Part shown: piece by piece, positions 9,490 through 23,813 of the stretch
Layout: the number at the start of each line of letters is the position of its first letter
How positions within the stretch are numbered: position 1 is the stretch's first letter
Source: a virus
Taxonomy: Duplodnaviria; Heunggongvirae; Uroviricota; Caudoviricetes
Strand: one strand, 5' to 3'
DNA: 25,733 bases
Virus record (IMG/VR): IMGVR_UViG_2606217117_000004
The notes under the pieces: model-generated
What the model saw: only the letters and a program-made list of their open reading frames with translations
What the model was told of the DNA's origin: nothing
The model's database searches: none
Position numbers and translations under genes: made by a program

Positions 9490-10188
9490 TTACTGCGAAA
9501 GTTTGTTAATGGAAAGGAAGCCGCCAAAGTTGCCGACGTTATTGCGGAACTTACAACCGCTCAGGCATTTGCTGCATTTATCCTTCGTGATATCGGACGT
9601 CGGCTGATCATATTCATCCGCGACTGCCGGACCGTGATAACCGCACTCATCGCCGCGATAGGTCCAGGTGCAGGTGTTGGCCAGCATGATACGTCCCGGA
9701 AAAACAGCGCCGTCCGTTTCCGTCGGCGTGGACAGTACAAAAGAGGCACTGACCGCGCTCAGTTCGCTGCACTGCTCGATGCGCCAGCGGCTGATCACCT
9801 CCTGCTCCGGATCGGCGTCACTGTTTCCGTTGACGAAGTTCACCGCATCCAGAAAACGGGCGTAAACCTTACGCCGGACCACCGTTCCGCCGACCAGACT
9901 CTGCATATCTTCCGCCATCCCGGTGACCATACCGTACAGGTTAGAAACCGTCAGCGTGGGGCGCGTACTGGTGCCTTTGCCATTCAGTTCAAAACCGCTC
10001 CCCTGAATGGGATACGGCTGATACTGTCGCCCCTGCCAGGTGACCGGCTCACCTTTTTCGTTCTGCTCATTACAGAAAAAATAACGTTCTCCACCGACCT
10101 CTGTCAGGTCGATTTCCCAGAGCACCACGCTGGCCGACTGCTCCGCACGGGTGCATTCATTCAGTGTTTCCTGCCGGATATCCTGCAT
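9490..10188 (-). CDS. L: Tail tip protein L
   Basis: 232 aa, same length as lambda gpL; Cys-rich C-terminus. Confidence 0.9.
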   Translation of the reverse strand: MQDIRQETLNECTRAEQSASVVLWEIDLTEVGGERYFFCNEQNEKGEPVTWQGRQYQPYPIQGSGFELNGKGTSTRPTLTVSNLYGMVTGMAEDMQSLVGGTVVRRKVYARFLDAVNFVNGNSDADPEQEVISRWRIEQCSELSAVSASFVLSTPTETDGAVFPGRIMLANTCTWTYRGDECGYHGPAVADEYDQPTSDITKDKCSKCLSGCKFRNNVGNFGGFLSINKLSQ

Positions 10189-10517
10189 CAGTTCACCACC
10201 TGTTCAAACTCTGCGCTGAACTCAACACGCAACATACTGACCTGCGACGACCATTTTGCGCAGGTCACCTTTATCTGCCGCCACTCATAAGGCGGCGTCC
10301 ACAGAAAGGATTTCCAGCCCCCGTGCTCTTCCAGAAACGACTCCAGTACCGTGGCCTCCTCACGGGGGACAGAAAGCGTCACGCTGTACGTTTTCAGGTT
10401 GGCATTCAGCCCGGCAGGCGCTCGCTGAGAATAGCCATCACCAAAGCGCACCTTTCTTACAGAAGGGACCGAAGCCACATCCATACCGGGTTTCACTTTC
10501 CAGCGGAAGGTCTTCAT
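10188..10517 (-). CDS. M: Tail tip protein M
   Basis: 109 aa, lambda gpM-like; overlaps both neighbours. Confidence 0.9.
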   Translation of the reverse strand: MKTFRWKVKPGMDVASVPSVRKVRFGDGYSQRAPAGLNANLKTYSVTLSVPREEATVLESFLEEHGGWKSFLWTPPYEWRQIKVTCAKWSSQVSMLRVEFSAEFEQVVN

Positions 10518-13075
10518 CGTCCACCTCCGGAGAACAGGCCACCATCACGCATCTGTGTCTGAATTTCATCACGGGCACCCTTGCGGGCCATGTCATACAC
10601 CGCCTTCAGAGCAGCCGGACCTATCTGCCCGTTCGTGCCGTCGTTGTTAATCACCACATGGTTATTCTGCTCAAACGTCCCGGACGCCTGCGACCGGCTG
10701 TCTGCCATGCTGCCCGGTGTACCGACATAACCGCCGGTGGCATAGCCGCGCATCAGCCGGTAAAGATTCCCCACGCCAATCCGGCTGGTTGCCTCCTTCG
10801 TGAAGACAAATTCACCACGGTGAACAATCCCCGCTGGCTCATATTTGCCGCCGGTTCCCGTAAATCCTCCGGTTGCAAAATGGAATTTCGCCGCGGCTGC
10901 CTGAATGGCTGTCCCGCCTGACGCGGATGCGCCCCCACCAACAGCCCCGCCAATGGCGCTGCCGATACTCCCGACAATCCCCACCATTGCCTGCTTAAGC
11001 AGAATTTCTGTCATCATGGACAGCACGGAACGGGTGAAGCTGCGCCAGTTCTGCTCACTGCCGGTCAGCATCGCCGCCATATTCTGCGCAATACCATCAA
11101 AGGTCTGCGCGGCTGCACTTTTAACCTGCGACATACTGTCCGTGGCGCTCTCTTCCCACTCACTCCAGCCGGACTTCAGGCCTGCCATCCAGCTCCCGCG
11201 AAGCTGGTCTTCAGCCGCCCAGGTCTTTTTCTGCTCTGACATGACGTTATTCAGCGCCAGAGGATTATCGCCATACTGTTCCTTCAGGCGCTGTTCTGTG
11301 GCTTCCCGCGCTGCCTGCCGGTCAGTCAGCCCCCGGCTTTTCGCATCAATGGCGGTCCGTTTTGCCCGTTGCTGCTGTGCGAATTTATCCGCCTGCTGCG
11401 CCAGCGCGTTCAGGCGCTCCTGATACGTAACCTTGTCGCCAAGTGCAGCCAGCTGGCGTTTGTACTCCAGCGTCTCATCTTTATGCGCCAGCAGGGATTT
11501 CTCCTGTGCAGACAGCTGGCGACGTTGCGCTGCCTCCTCCAGTACCGCGAACTGACTCTCCGCCTTCCACAAATCCCGGCGCTGCTGGCTGATTTTCTCA
11601 TTTGCTCCGGCATGCTTCTCCAGCGTCCGGAGTTCAGCCTGAAGCGTCAGCAGGGCAGCATGAGCACTGTCTTCCTGACGATCGCCCGCAGACACCTTCA
11701 CGCCGGACTGTTTCGGCTTTTTCAGCGTCGCTTCATAGTCCTTTTTCGCCGCCGCCATCAGCGTGTTGTAATCTGCCTGCAGAATTTTCCCGTCCTTCAG
11801 TGCCTTGTTCAGTTCTTCCTGACGGGCGGTATATTTCTCCAGCGGCGTCTGCAGCCGTTCGTAAGCCTTCTGCGCCTCTTCGGTATATTTCAGCCGTGAC
11901 GCTTCAGTATCGCTCTGCTGCTGCGCATTTGTGTCCTGTTGACTCTGCTGTTCAGCCTTCTTTCTCGCGGCTTCAAGCGCAAGACGGGCCTTTTCACGAT
12001 CATCCCAGTAACGCGCCCGCGCTTCATCGTTAACAAAATAATCATCCTTGCGCAGACTCCAGATGTCGTCCGCTTTCTTAAACGCAGCCTCTGCCTTAAT
12101 CAGCATCTCCTGCGCGGTATCAGGACGACCAATATCCAGCACCGCATCCCACATGGATTTGAATGCCCGCGCGGTCCTGTCTGCCCAGGTCTCCAGCGTA
12201 CCCATGTTCTCTTTCAGGCGGCGGGTCTGGTCATCAAACCCTTTCGTCGCGGCCTCGTTCGCCGCCTGCAATGCCCCGGCTTCATCGCCGGAACGCTGCA
12301 ACTGAGCAACATACGCAATCTGCTCCGCCGTCACGTTATGGAACTGGCGTGCCATCGCCGTCAACCCCGACGTCGGGTCTGTGGTCAGCTTCCCGAAGGC
12401 TTCAGCGACCTTGTCCACCTCCACACCGGATGCAGAGGAGAAACGCGCCACACTCTGGCTGATGGACGCAATCTGAGCCTCACCGCTTACTCCCGCCTTA
12501 ACCAGTGCGCTGAGTGACTCGCTGGTCTGGTTAAACGTCAGCCCTGCCGCCTGCCCGGCTCTGGACAGGACCAGCATGCGATCTGCCGTCAGACCCGACT
12601 GATTGCCGGAAAGGACCAGCGTTTTGTTGAAATCGGACAGGGTTGAGTTGCCCTGATACCAGGCATACGCCAGCGCACCGGTCGCCACCGCCAGCGAGGT
12701 GGCCCCGACCATCGGCAGGGTGATCGCACCGGCAAGCCCCCTGAACATGGGGATCATCCCGCCGAAGGAGTCCTTCACCTGACCACCCTGTTGCAGCAGG
12801 ATCAGCCACGGACTTTGCCCGCCTGCAAGCTGCGTGGCCACGTCGGTGAACTGTGCAGGCAGCATACGCATGGCGGCTTTATACTGTCCGACGGAAATCC
12901 CCGCTTTCTGTGCAGCCAGCGCCTGCCGGTTCATTGACTGTTCAACGACTGCCGCTGTTTTTTTCGCATCACTTTCCGTACCGGAAAAATGACGCCTGAC
13001 TCTGGCCATCTGCTCGTCAAATCTGGCCGCATCCAGACTCAAATCAACGACCAGATCGCCTACCGGTTCAGCCAT
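10514..13075 (-). CDS. H: Tail tape measure protein H
   Basis: 853 aa, same length as lambda gpH; coiled-coil-rich with Gly-rich C-terminal region. Confidence 0.92.
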   Translation of the reverse strand: MAEPVGDLVVDLSLDAARFDEQMARVRRHFSGTESDAKKTAAVVEQSMNRQALAAQKAGISVGQYKAAMRMLPAQFTDVATQLAGGQSPWLILLQQGGQVKDSFGGMIPMFRGLAGAITLPMVGATSLAVATGALAYAWYQGNSTLSDFNKTLVLSGNQSGLTADRMLVLSRAGQAAGLTFNQTSESLSALVKAGVSGEAQIASISQSVARFSSASGVEVDKVAEAFGKLTTDPTSGLTAMARQFHNVTAEQIAYVAQLQRSGDEAGALQAANEAATKGFDDQTRRLKENMGTLETWADRTARAFKSMWDAVLDIGRPDTAQEMLIKAEAAFKKADDIWSLRKDDYFVNDEARARYWDDREKARLALEAARKKAEQQSQQDTNAQQQSDTEASRLKYTEEAQKAYERLQTPLEKYTARQEELNKALKDGKILQADYNTLMAAAKKDYEATLKKPKQSGVKVSAGDRQEDSAHAALLTLQAELRTLEKHAGANEKISQQRRDLWKAESQFAVLEEAAQRRQLSAQEKSLLAHKDETLEYKRQLAALGDKVTYQERLNALAQQADKFAQQQRAKRTAIDAKSRGLTDRQAAREATEQRLKEQYGDNPLALNNVMSEQKKTWAAEDQLRGSWMAGLKSGWSEWEESATDSMSQVKSAAAQTFDGIAQNMAAMLTGSEQNWRSFTRSVLSMMTEILLKQAMVGIVGSIGSAIGGAVGGGASASGGTAIQAAAAKFHFATGGFTGTGGKYEPAGIVHRGEFVFTKEATSRIGVGNLYRLMRGYATGGYVGTPGSMADSRSQASGTFEQNNHVVINNDGTNGQIGPAALKAVYDMARKGARDEIQTQMRDGGLFSGGGR

Positions 13076-13906
13076 ACCTGACTCCTCCTGCGATCCCTTC
13101 TGATACTGTCATCAGCATTACGTCATCCTCCGTCATGTCCGCCACATCCGGGGAAGCGGGGATAACTTCATTCCCGTCCGGGCCAAAGCGGACGCCTCCG
13201 GCAAGCCCTGCCGCTTTCTGCATCAGCACATCATCTTCAGGCTCTTCATCAGCCTCGCGCCGGTTCAGCAGACTGAAATCCAGCGGATGCATATCCGGAT
13301 CGCTGAAAAACAGGCTGAGTACGGTGTACGTCAGCCCGGAAAAGTGCATATCCAGCAGAACATCATGAAAATAATGGGTACTGTAAAAGCGGTGCCAGTC
13401 GGCATACTCCGTGGATGACATCCCGGCAAGCATGGCGCGCCAGTCGGGTCGCCCCATCTCACGCGCCAGTTTCAGGGCAAAACTCAGCTCACCGTCGAAC
13501 ACTTTCCCGCAGAAACAGGCTCTGCTGGCCCGGCGTCATCTGCCTGTTCAGGTGCATCATTCACAACAAACTCAGACATACCGGACAGACGCATTACCAC
13601 ATTTTCAGCCTGAGCAATTGCCTCTGTGGGCCAGGTGGTAAGCCCTTCCTGCTCAATTTGTTTAACGGCTTCATTCATGGACGGCATCTTTGTCTTCTGC
13701 GGATGGCTATGCCACAGGGACATCGCCACCAGAAAAGCACCGGTTCTGACGAGATCTTCCACGCTCACCTGTCGATTGAGACTGGATCCCGCCTGTTCTG
13801 CCTGTCGTTTCAGCAGGGCGAGATGCTCAATTCGCTGCAGGGCTGACAGTTCAGAAAGCGTGACGCTCACACCGTTATATTCAAATGATTCGGTTTTCAG
13901 GAACAT
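13068..13906 (-). CDS. G-T: Tail assembly chaperone G-T fusion, made by programmed -1 frameshift joining the G frame to the T frame
   Basis: G ORF (13484..13906) and T-frame ORF (13068..13502) overlap across the slippery heptamer G GGA AAG. The T frame has no independent ATG. Confidence 0.8.
13484..13906 (-). CDS. G: Tail assembly chaperone G
   Basis: 140 aa, lambda gpG-like; ends ...AGKCSTVS. Confidence 0.9.
   Translation of the reverse strand: MFLKTESFEYNGVSVTLSELSALQRIEHLALLKRQAEQAGSSLNRQVSVEDLVRTGAFLVAMSLWHSHPQKTKMPSMNEAVKQIEQEGLTTWPTEAIAQAENVVMRLSGMSEFVVNDAPEQADDAGPAEPVSAGKCSTVS
13502..13508 (-). other. Programmed -1 ribosomal frameshift slippery site GGGAAAG (G/G-T)
   Basis: Minus-strand sequence GCG GGA AAG TGT at the 3' end of G. 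The -1 frame continues GGG AAA GTG TTC GAC..., which is the T reading frame (..VFDGELSFALK). Confidence 0.8.
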
Positions 13907-13921
13907 CGCTGACTCTCCGGA

Positions 13922-14662
13922 TTAACTGTCGGTGACGGTGATTTCTGCAACCACAGCAAGTTCACCATTACCGGATACAACCGGAATGTTGACCTTGCCT
14001 GCAGCAACACCTTTCACGGTGATGGTCATACCACTGACCGACACGGTGGCTTTTGTTTTATCCGCAGACACCGCACGGAAGCTCTTGTCGGTTGCGCCTT
14101 CCGGCTGGAATGCCACGGTCAGCGTGGTGCTCTGCCCTTTCACCACCGAAGTGCTGGCAGGCGTCACGGTCATGCCGGTTGCCGCTGTTACCGTGCTGCG
14201 ATCTTCTGCCATCGACGGACGTCCCACGTTGGTGACTTTCACCGTGCGGGTGATCACTTCCTTCGCCGTCACCGCCTTACCGATACTGCTGACCCAGCCG
14301 CGGAACACATCGACCGTGCCGTTCGGGAAGCGGATTTTATAGGCACGGGTATCCCCTTCATTAAACCACGCCAGCAGCGCCTGCTGCCCCTGCTCTCCGG
14401 GCATCCACGCCAGCGTGAAGCTGGTATCTCCGGCAGATTTCTGCCCCTGCCCGGTCGCAGTCCAGTCCGCATCTTCATCATCGAGATAGCTGTCGTCATA
14501 GGACTCAGCGGTCAGTTCGCCGGGCGTCAGGTCTTTAACTTTAGCCAGACGCGACCAGTCAACGTCTGAAAGCGGGTTCGCATAAGGGTCACCGTTCCCC
14601 TTATAAACCCACAGTGTGGTCCCGGCCCCTTTCACCGGCATTACTGGATTTGGTACAGGCAT
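13922..14662 (-). CDS. V: Major tail tube protein V (with C-terminal Ig-like domain)
   Basis: Start set at MPVPNP (ATG 14662); the ORF track extends 10 codons further upstream. 246 aa, lambda gpV-like. Confidence 0.9.
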   Translation of the reverse strand: MPVPNPVMPVKGAGTTLWVYKGNGDPYANPLSDVDWSRLAKVKDLTPGELTAESYDDSYLDDEDADWTATGQGQKSAGDTSFTLAWMPGEQGQQALLAWFNEGDTRAYKIRFPNGTVDVFRGWVSSIGKAVTAKEVITRTVKVTNVGRPSMAEDRSTVTAATGMTVTPASTSVVKGQSTTLTVAFQPEGATDKSFRAVSADKTKATVSVSGMTITVKGVAAGKVNIPVVSGNGELAVVAEITVTDS

Positions 14663-14669
14663 ATCGTCC

Positions 14670-15065
14670 TCACATTTCATAGGTAATGACATAAGTCAGA
14701 TCGGCTGAACTCCACAGGCCCGCATCATCGTCGCGCCGGTAGTCATAGCCACTGGCCACCATACTGGTGATCAAATCTGACAGTGCCGGGACATCGCTCA
14801 TCACCGGATAAATCCGGGACTCCATCCACGAATCCAGCTCTGAATCCGGCACCTGAGCAGGCAGGAAAACTTCAATATGCAGCTCCGCCTGCCAGGTATC
14901 ACTGTCCAGCTCTTCGCCCGTGTATTCAGCGCCGGTGAGATAAACGGCAATTGCCGGAAAATCCGCCTCATCAAAAACAGCGGGGCGACCATCAAAAAGC
15001 GTCGCCCCGGTGTCATGCTTCTCCAGTGCATCCAGTACGGCTGCACGGAGTTCAGTATGTTTCAT
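14670..15065 (-). CDS. U: Tail terminator protein U
   Basis: 131 aa, lambda gpU-like. Confidence 0.9.
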   Translation of the reverse strand: MKHTELRAAVLDALEKHDTGATLFDGRPAVFDEADFPAIAVYLTGAEYTGEELDSDTWQAELHIEVFLPAQVPDSELDSWMESRIYPVMSDVPALSDLITSMVASGYDYRRDDDAGLWSSADLTYVITYEM

Positions 15066-15640
15066 CGCTTTATTACCATTCTCAGTTGATGCTGCAGCGC
15101 ATAGCCCAGCTCTTTCGGAAGACGTTCACGCCGTATCCGTTCAATATTCTGTTTAAACGCCGTGGTAAGCGGCACCGCCATCGGGATTTTCACCACATCA
15201 ATGGGGTAACGGTTTTTCCCGGCCACACGCTGCATGACATGCCACCGGCCATTTTTCAGTTGCTGAATAAACGCGCCGGGAATACGACGGTTTCCCACCA
15301 CAAGCACGCTGCCGCCACCTTTCAGGGATGAACGCTGCCCCTTTTTACGACGTCTGCGGCGGGAAAGGACAACCCGCGCGTTACCCAGCTTGATTACGGG
15401 CAAATCCCCCCGGTTAACCCTGATTCTGGCCTGCGGATTTTTGACCGTGGCCCTTTTCAGCCTGGCCCTTTCCTTTACCAGTTTCCGGCGTACCTTTGTC
15501 TCACGGGCAACCTGTGACGCCGACTGCGATATCGCGGATGAAGCAACGCGGTTAATGGCCATTGCGGCGGCACCGGGCACCGCCGTTCTGCTGATACGGC
15601 TGAGGTTTTCAACGGCCTGCTCAAGACCTTTTATGGCCAT
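15062..15640 (-). CDS. Z: Tail completion protein Z
   Basis: 192 aa, lambda gpZ-like. Confidence 0.9.
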   Translation of the reverse strand: MAIKGLEQAVENLSRISRTAVPGAAAMAINRVASSAISQSASQVARETKVRRKLVKERARLKRATVKNPQARIRVNRGDLPVIKLGNARVVLSRRRRRKKGQRSSLKGGGSVLVVGNRRIPGAFIQQLKNGRWHVMQRVAGKNRYPIDVVKIPMAVPLTTAFKQNIERIRRERLPKELGYALQHQLRMVIKR

Positions 15641-15651
15641 ACATCCCCCTT

Positions 15652-16005
15652 TCAGCGGCGACGGTTAACGGCAGGCGGTACGCCCCGCCCAAGCCAGAGA
15701 TGACAGCTTCCACCATCATCCGGCGAAACCCGATCTACCCAGAAATTTTCCTCACCGATGGTCAGCGTGTCTCCACGCCGCAGCTGCCGCACCTCATCAG
15801 TCCGGACAAACAGGGACGGGCTGGAGCCTTCAACGCGCACGCCCTGTCCGGCATAGCTGATATTTTCAGGGTCATCAAAAACACCACGTATCACCGCACC
15901 TGACTGCTCACCGGATGTCATGGTGGCTGACGTTCCCATGTACCCGCGAATCGTTTCATCGGCGCGGGCAATGGCAGCATCGAACAGGTTATCGAAATCA
16001 GCCAC
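15652..16005 (-). CDS. FII: Head-tail joining protein FII
   Basis: 117 aa, lambda gpFII-like. Confidence 0.9.
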   Translation of the reverse strand: MADFDNLFDAAIARADETIRGYMGTSATMTSGEQSGAVIRGVFDDPENISYAGQGVRVEGSSPSLFVRTDEVRQLRRGDTLTIGEENFWVDRVSPDDGGSCHLWLGRGVPPAVNRRR

Positions 16006-16016
16006 AGCGCCTCCCG

Positions 16017-16415
16017 TTATTGCATTCTGGCCAGGCCGCGCTCTGTCATTTCGGCTGCCACACCGGCAGAGACACGAAACGCCGTTCCCGGCAGCACAAA
16101 TGCCACAGGTTCATCCCGCGTGGCGTGAAGTGCATCAGTATGCAGCTTCACCAGTGCCACGACCATGACCAGTTCAGACGTATCCAGAATCACGGTATCC
16201 GGCTGCGCTGATCCCACCTCATTTTCATGTCCGGTCAGCACATTTTCCCGGCTGAGAGGGGTGTCCTGACCGGCAGTTTCATCCGTGTCATCAAGCTCCT
16301 CTTCCAGCTCTGCCACACGGAGCGCCAGTTCTTCTTTCGTCCCCGTCAGGCTGACATCACGGTTCAGTTGTTCACCCAGCGAGCGGAGACGGGCAATCAG
16401 TTCATCTTTCGTCAT
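16017..16415 (-). CDS. FI: DNA packaging / head assembly protein FI
   Basis: Start set at MTKDELIARLRSLGEQ (ATG 16415, GGAGGAG 5 nt upstream); the ORF track extends 13 codons further. 132 aa. Confidence 0.88.
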   Translation of the reverse strand: MTKDELIARLRSLGEQLNRDVSLTGTKEELALRVAELEEELDDTDETAGQDTPLSRENVLTGHENEVGSAQPDTVILDTSELVMVVALVKLHTDALHATRDEPVAFVLPGTAFRVSAGVAAEMTERGLARMQ

Positions 16416-16456
16416 GGACTCCTCCACAGAGAAACAATGGCCCCGAAGGGCCATGA

Positions 16457-17482
16457 TTACGCCAGTTGTACGGACACGAACTCATCAGGGTCAGCCAGCA
16501 GCATCAGCGGTGCTGACTGAATCATGGTGAACTCTCGCGCCGGATCGCCGGATGTCTTCCAGTTTTTCGGATAACGGGGAGACGCATTAATACCCTCACT
16601 CAATGCATCCGCATCCTGAATACAGCCATAGGTGCGCAGACCGCGTGCATGAGTGTTACCCAGCACCATCGTGTTGTCCGGCAGGAAGTTCTTTTTGACG
16701 CCGTTTTCCACGTACTGTCCGGAATACACGACGATGGCCACATCTCCATACATTCCCTTATAAGACACCGCTTTGCCCAGGTCTTTTACCGCTGTCTCCA
16801 GTTCGGAATGAGAGCCGCGACGGGTATCCAGCTTCTCCCTGACGGCTTTGAAGGAACGGAACAGCGCCCAGCCTTTCGGATCAAACACGATGATATTCAC
16901 CACGCCGCTGGCGTTCAGCGCGTAGGCTTCGATATCGTCGGTCGGATCATACGTGGACTTGTCACGCTTGCTCCACTCCGTGCCGCCGGACTGCGTGATG
17001 TTGTTGGCCGCACTGCGGCCCATATCCACCTCAACCGGATCGAAGGCTTCACCGGTCATGGTGTATTTGCCCTTGAGCACGGCAGAAACGGCCTGCATCT
17101 CTTCGACCTGAGCAATGGCCAGCTCTTCGTCACGCATGTTCTGCATGATGATGCGACGGCGGCGGTAAGCCGGGTCCGCCAGATTCTGCGGATCTTCATC
17201 CGGCAGGCGACGCAGGGTCATCTGCGGATTCACCTCATGCTTGGGTTTGACATATCCCGGCGTAAATTCAGAGGTGGAGCCGCCACGGGAGCGGATAACC
17301 TCACCGGAAACAATCGGCGAAACGTACAGCGCCATGTTTACCAGTCCCGGAATTTGTGAGAGATAGACTTTCTCCGTAGTGAAGGGATAGCTCTCACGGA
17401 AAAAGAGACGCAGAAACAGCGGATCAAACTTAAATTTCTGCTCATTTGCCGCCAGCAGCTGGGCGGTTGTGTACATCGACAT
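16457..17482 (-). CDS. E: Major capsid protein E
   Basis: 341 aa, lambda gpE-like. Confidence 0.93.
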   Translation of the reverse strand: MSMYTTAQLLAANEQKFKFDPLFLRLFFRESYPFTTEKVYLSQIPGLVNMALYVSPIVSGEVIRSRGGSTSEFTPGYVKPKHEVNPQMTLRRLPDEDPQNLADPAYRRRRIIMQNMRDEELAIAQVEEMQAVSAVLKGKYTMTGEAFDPVEVDMGRSAANNITQSGGTEWSKRDKSTYDPTDDIEAYALNASGVVNIIVFDPKGWALFRSFKAVREKLDTRRGSHSELETAVKDLGKAVSYKGMYGDVAIVVYSGQYVENGVKKNFLPDNTMVLGNTHARGLRTYGCIQDADALSEGINASPRYPKNWKTSGDPAREFTMIQSAPLMLLADPDEFVSVQLA

Positions 17483-17536
17483 AAAAAAATCCCGTAAAAA
17501 AGCCGCACAGGCGGCCTTTAGTGATGAAGGGTAAAG

Positions 17537-17869
17537 TTAAACGATGCTGATTGCCGTTCCGGCAAACGCGGTCCGTTTTTTCGTCTCGTCGCTGGCAGCC
17601 TCCGGCCAGAGCACATCCTCATAACGGAACGTGCCGGACTTGTAGAACGTCAGTGTGGTGCTGGTCTGGTCAGCAGCAACCGCAAGAATGCCAACGGCAG
17701 CACCGTCGGTGGTGCCATCCCACGCAACCAGCTTACGGGTGGAGGTGTCCAGCATCAGCGGGGTCATTGCAGGCGCTTTCGCACTCAATCCGCCGGGCGC
17801 GGTTGCGGTATGAGCCGGGTCACTGTTGCCCAGCGGCTGGTAATGGGTAAAGGTTTCTTTGCTCGTCAT
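17537..17869 (-). CDS. D: Head decoration protein D
   Basis: Start at [12 protein letters not shown] (ATG 17869); 110 aa, lambda gpD-like. Confidence 0.92.
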   Translation of the reverse strand: MTSKETFTHYQPLGNSDPAHTATAPGGLSAKAPAMTPLMLDTSTRKLVAWDGTTDGAAVGILAVAADQTSTTLTFYKSGTFRYEDVLWPEAASDETKKRTAFAGTAISIV

Positions 17870-17878
17870 AAACATCCC

Positions 17879-18484
17879 TTACACTGGTGTGTTCAGCAAA
17901 TCGTTAACGGCATCAGATGCCGGGTTACCTGCAGCCAGCGGTGCCGGTGCCCCCTGCATCAGACGATCCAGCGCAGTGTCACTGCGCGCCTGTGCACTCT
18001 GTGGTGCTGCGGCCAGAATGCGGCGGGCCGTTTCCACGGTCATACCGGGGGTTTCTGCCAGCACGCGGGCCTGTTCTTCGCGTCCGTGAGCCTCCTCACA
18101 GTTGAGGATCCCCATAATGCGGCTGTTTTCTGCCGCAACCGCAGCGGTGATCTGCGCGTTCACGTCCGGCTGCGCCGCGCTGGCGTTTTCGCCCTCCGTC
18201 GCTGGCACCACGTCAGTAACGTCAGCCTGCGAAGCAGTGGCTGAAACAGTTGTTGATTGAGTCTCTTTGGTCATTCGCCCTCCTGAGAGACGGGATTTAC
18301 GTGCATCCAGTGCATCACGCATAACGGTGATCGCATCGGTGCTGTTGACAAGTTCATCAGCCAGTCCGGCATCAATGGCCTCCTGACCGCTGTACACTGC
18401 AGCCTCGGTATCCAGCACAGCCTGCACGGACAGGCCGGTATATGCCGACACCTTCTGCGCAAACATCCGGCGGGTTGCATCCAT
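17879..18484 (-). CDS. nu3: Scaffolding protein Nu3 (in-frame internal start within C)
   Basis: In-frame ATG at 18484 (MDATRRMFAQKVSAYTG...) gives a 201-aa product sharing the C stop codon, as for lambda Nu3. Confidence 0.7.
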   Translation of the reverse strand: MDATRRMFAQKVSAYTGLSVQAVLDTEAAVYSGQEAIDAGLADELVNSTDAITVMRDALDARKSRLSGGRMTKETQSTTVSATASQADVTDVVPATEGENASAAQPDVNAQITAAVAAENSRIMGILNCEEAHGREEQARVLAETPGMTVETARRILAAAPQSAQARSDTALDRLMQGAPAPLAAGNPASDAVNDLLNTPV

Positions 18485-19178
18485 CCGGGACTGCAGTGTC
18501 TCCCGGACGTCATCCGGAAGATGGCTGTAGGGGTTGCCATCCACCTTATGGCTGCCGCTGTAAATCAGCGTGATTTCCACGCCCTGTTTCTCCAGCGCAG
18601 CACCGTAATTACTGTGAGCCATCATGACGCCGATGGAGCCTGTCCGGGCGGTCTGCGTGACCAGACGTCGGGAGGCGGCGCTGGCAAGCAGCTGACCTGC
18701 ACTGCAGTTCATGTCGTTGGCCAGCGCCCATACCGGCTTTATGTCACGCACACGGGCGATGATGTCAGCGCAGTCAAATGCCCCTGCCACCATCCCGCCT
18801 GGCGTATCCATATCGAGCAGAATGCCGTCCACCATCGGGTCGCTGGCAGCCTGTTGCAAACGGGCGATAATGCCGTTGTAACCGGTCATCCCCGAATACG
18901 GCTGCAGCGCCCGCGTCCGACTGACCAGCGTGCCGGACACCGGCAGCACGGCGATACCGTTCATGACCTGATAACTGCGGGCCTGTCGTGGTCCGTCATC
19001 ATCAACGGATAACGCCAGCGCCGCGGGTGCCTCTCCGGCAGTCAGGCTGTCGCCGGATACCGCATCCGTCAGGCGGCTGATCCCAAGCTGGCCTGCAAGC
19101 GCACAAAAGAAAACCCGCGCATAGGCGGGTTCAAGCATCAGCGGCTCATTAAAGGCCATACTGGCAATATGCGGGAGA

Positions 19179-19198
<20 letters not shown>
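17879..19198 (-). CDS. C: Capsid assembly protease C (S49 family)
   Basis: GTG start at 19198 with GGAGGAG upstream gives a 439-aa product beginning (M)TAELRNLPHIASMAFNEPL, as in lambda gpC. The ORF track extends upstream in frame. Confidence 0.9.
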
Positions 19199-22879
<3,681 letters not shown>

Positions 22880-22905
<26 letters not shown>

Positions 22906-23425
22906 TCAGCAACCCCGGTATCAGTTCATCCAGCGCGGCTGCTTTGTTCATGGCTTTGATGATATCCCGTTTCAGGAAATCAACATGTCGGTTTTCCAGT
23001 TCCGGAAAACGCCGCTGCACCGACAGGGGGATCCCGTCGAGAATACTGGCAATTTCACCTGCGATCCGCGACAGCACGAAAGTACAGAATGCGGTTTCCA
23101 CCACTTCAGCGGAGTCTCTGGCATTTTTCAGCTCCTGTGCGTCGGCCTGTGCACGCGTAAGTCGGTGGCGTTCGTACTCAATAGTCCCTGGCTGGAGATC
23201 TGTCTCGCTGGCCTGCCGCAGTTCTTCAACTTCCCGGCGCAGCTTTTCGTTCTCAATTTCAGCATCCCTTTCGGCATACCATTTTATGACGGCGGCAGAG
23301 TCATAAAGCACCTCATTACCCTTGCCACCGCCTCGCAGAACGGGCATTCCCTGTTCCTGCCAGTTCTGAATGGTACGGATACTCGCACCGAAAATGTCAG
23401 CCAGCTGCTTTTTGTTGACTTCCAT
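22880..23425 (-). CDS. nu1: Terminase small subunit Nu1
   Basis: 181 aa, MEVNKKQLADIFGASIRTIQNWQEQGMPVLRGGGKGNEVLYD..., lambda Nu1-like winged-helix N-terminus. Confidence 0.93.
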
Positions 23426-23640
23426 TGTTCATTCCACGGACAAAAACAGAGAAAGGAAACGACAGAGGCCAAAAAGCTCGCTTTCAGCACCTGTCGTTTC
23501 CTTTCTTTTCAGAGGGTATTTTAAATAAAAACATTAAGTTATGACGAAGAAGAACGGAAACGCCTTAAACCGGAAAATTTTCATAAATAGCGAAAACCCG
23601 CGAGGTCGCCGCCCCGTAACCTGTCGGATCGCCGGAAAGG
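23426..23640 (-). other. cos: cos site: cosB (23426..23602), cosN 12-nt cohesive-end sequence (23603..23614), cosQ side (23615..~23640)
   Basis: Reverse complement of 23425..23614 reads GGGCGGCGACCTCGCGGGTTTTCGCTATTTATGAAAATTTTCCGGTTTAAGGCG..., the recalled start of the lambda genome. The adjacent CGTAACCTGTCGG is the reverse complement of the lambda right end ...CCGACAGGTTACG. Confidence 0.85.
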
Positions 23641-23813
23641 ACCCGCAAAATGATAATAATTATCATCTGCATGTCACAACGTGCATCTACGCCATCAAAC
23701 CACGTCAAATAATCAATTATGACGCAGGTATCATATTAATTGATCTGCATCAACTTAACGTAAAAACAACTTCAGACAATACAAATCAGCGACACTGAAT
23801 ACGGGGCAACCTC

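Noticed and set aside
9478-10290. 270-aa plus-strand ORF
   Set aside because: Antisense to L and M; no start context and no recognisable features.
10905-12517. Several plus-strand ORFs of 140 to 190 aa (10905..11423, 11369..11899, 11602..12033, 11939..12517)
   Set aside because: All antisense to the tape measure gene H; low-complexity translations.
18271-19012. Minus-strand ORF 18271..18540 and plus-strand ORF 18521..19012
   Set aside because: Out-of-frame or antisense overlaps of the C/nu3 gene; Cys/Arg-rich nonsense-like sequence.
23541-23798. 85-aa plus-strand ORF spanning the cos region
   Set aside because: Covers cosN and the packaging-site sequences in AT-rich regulatory DNA; no ribosome-binding site and an implausible composition.
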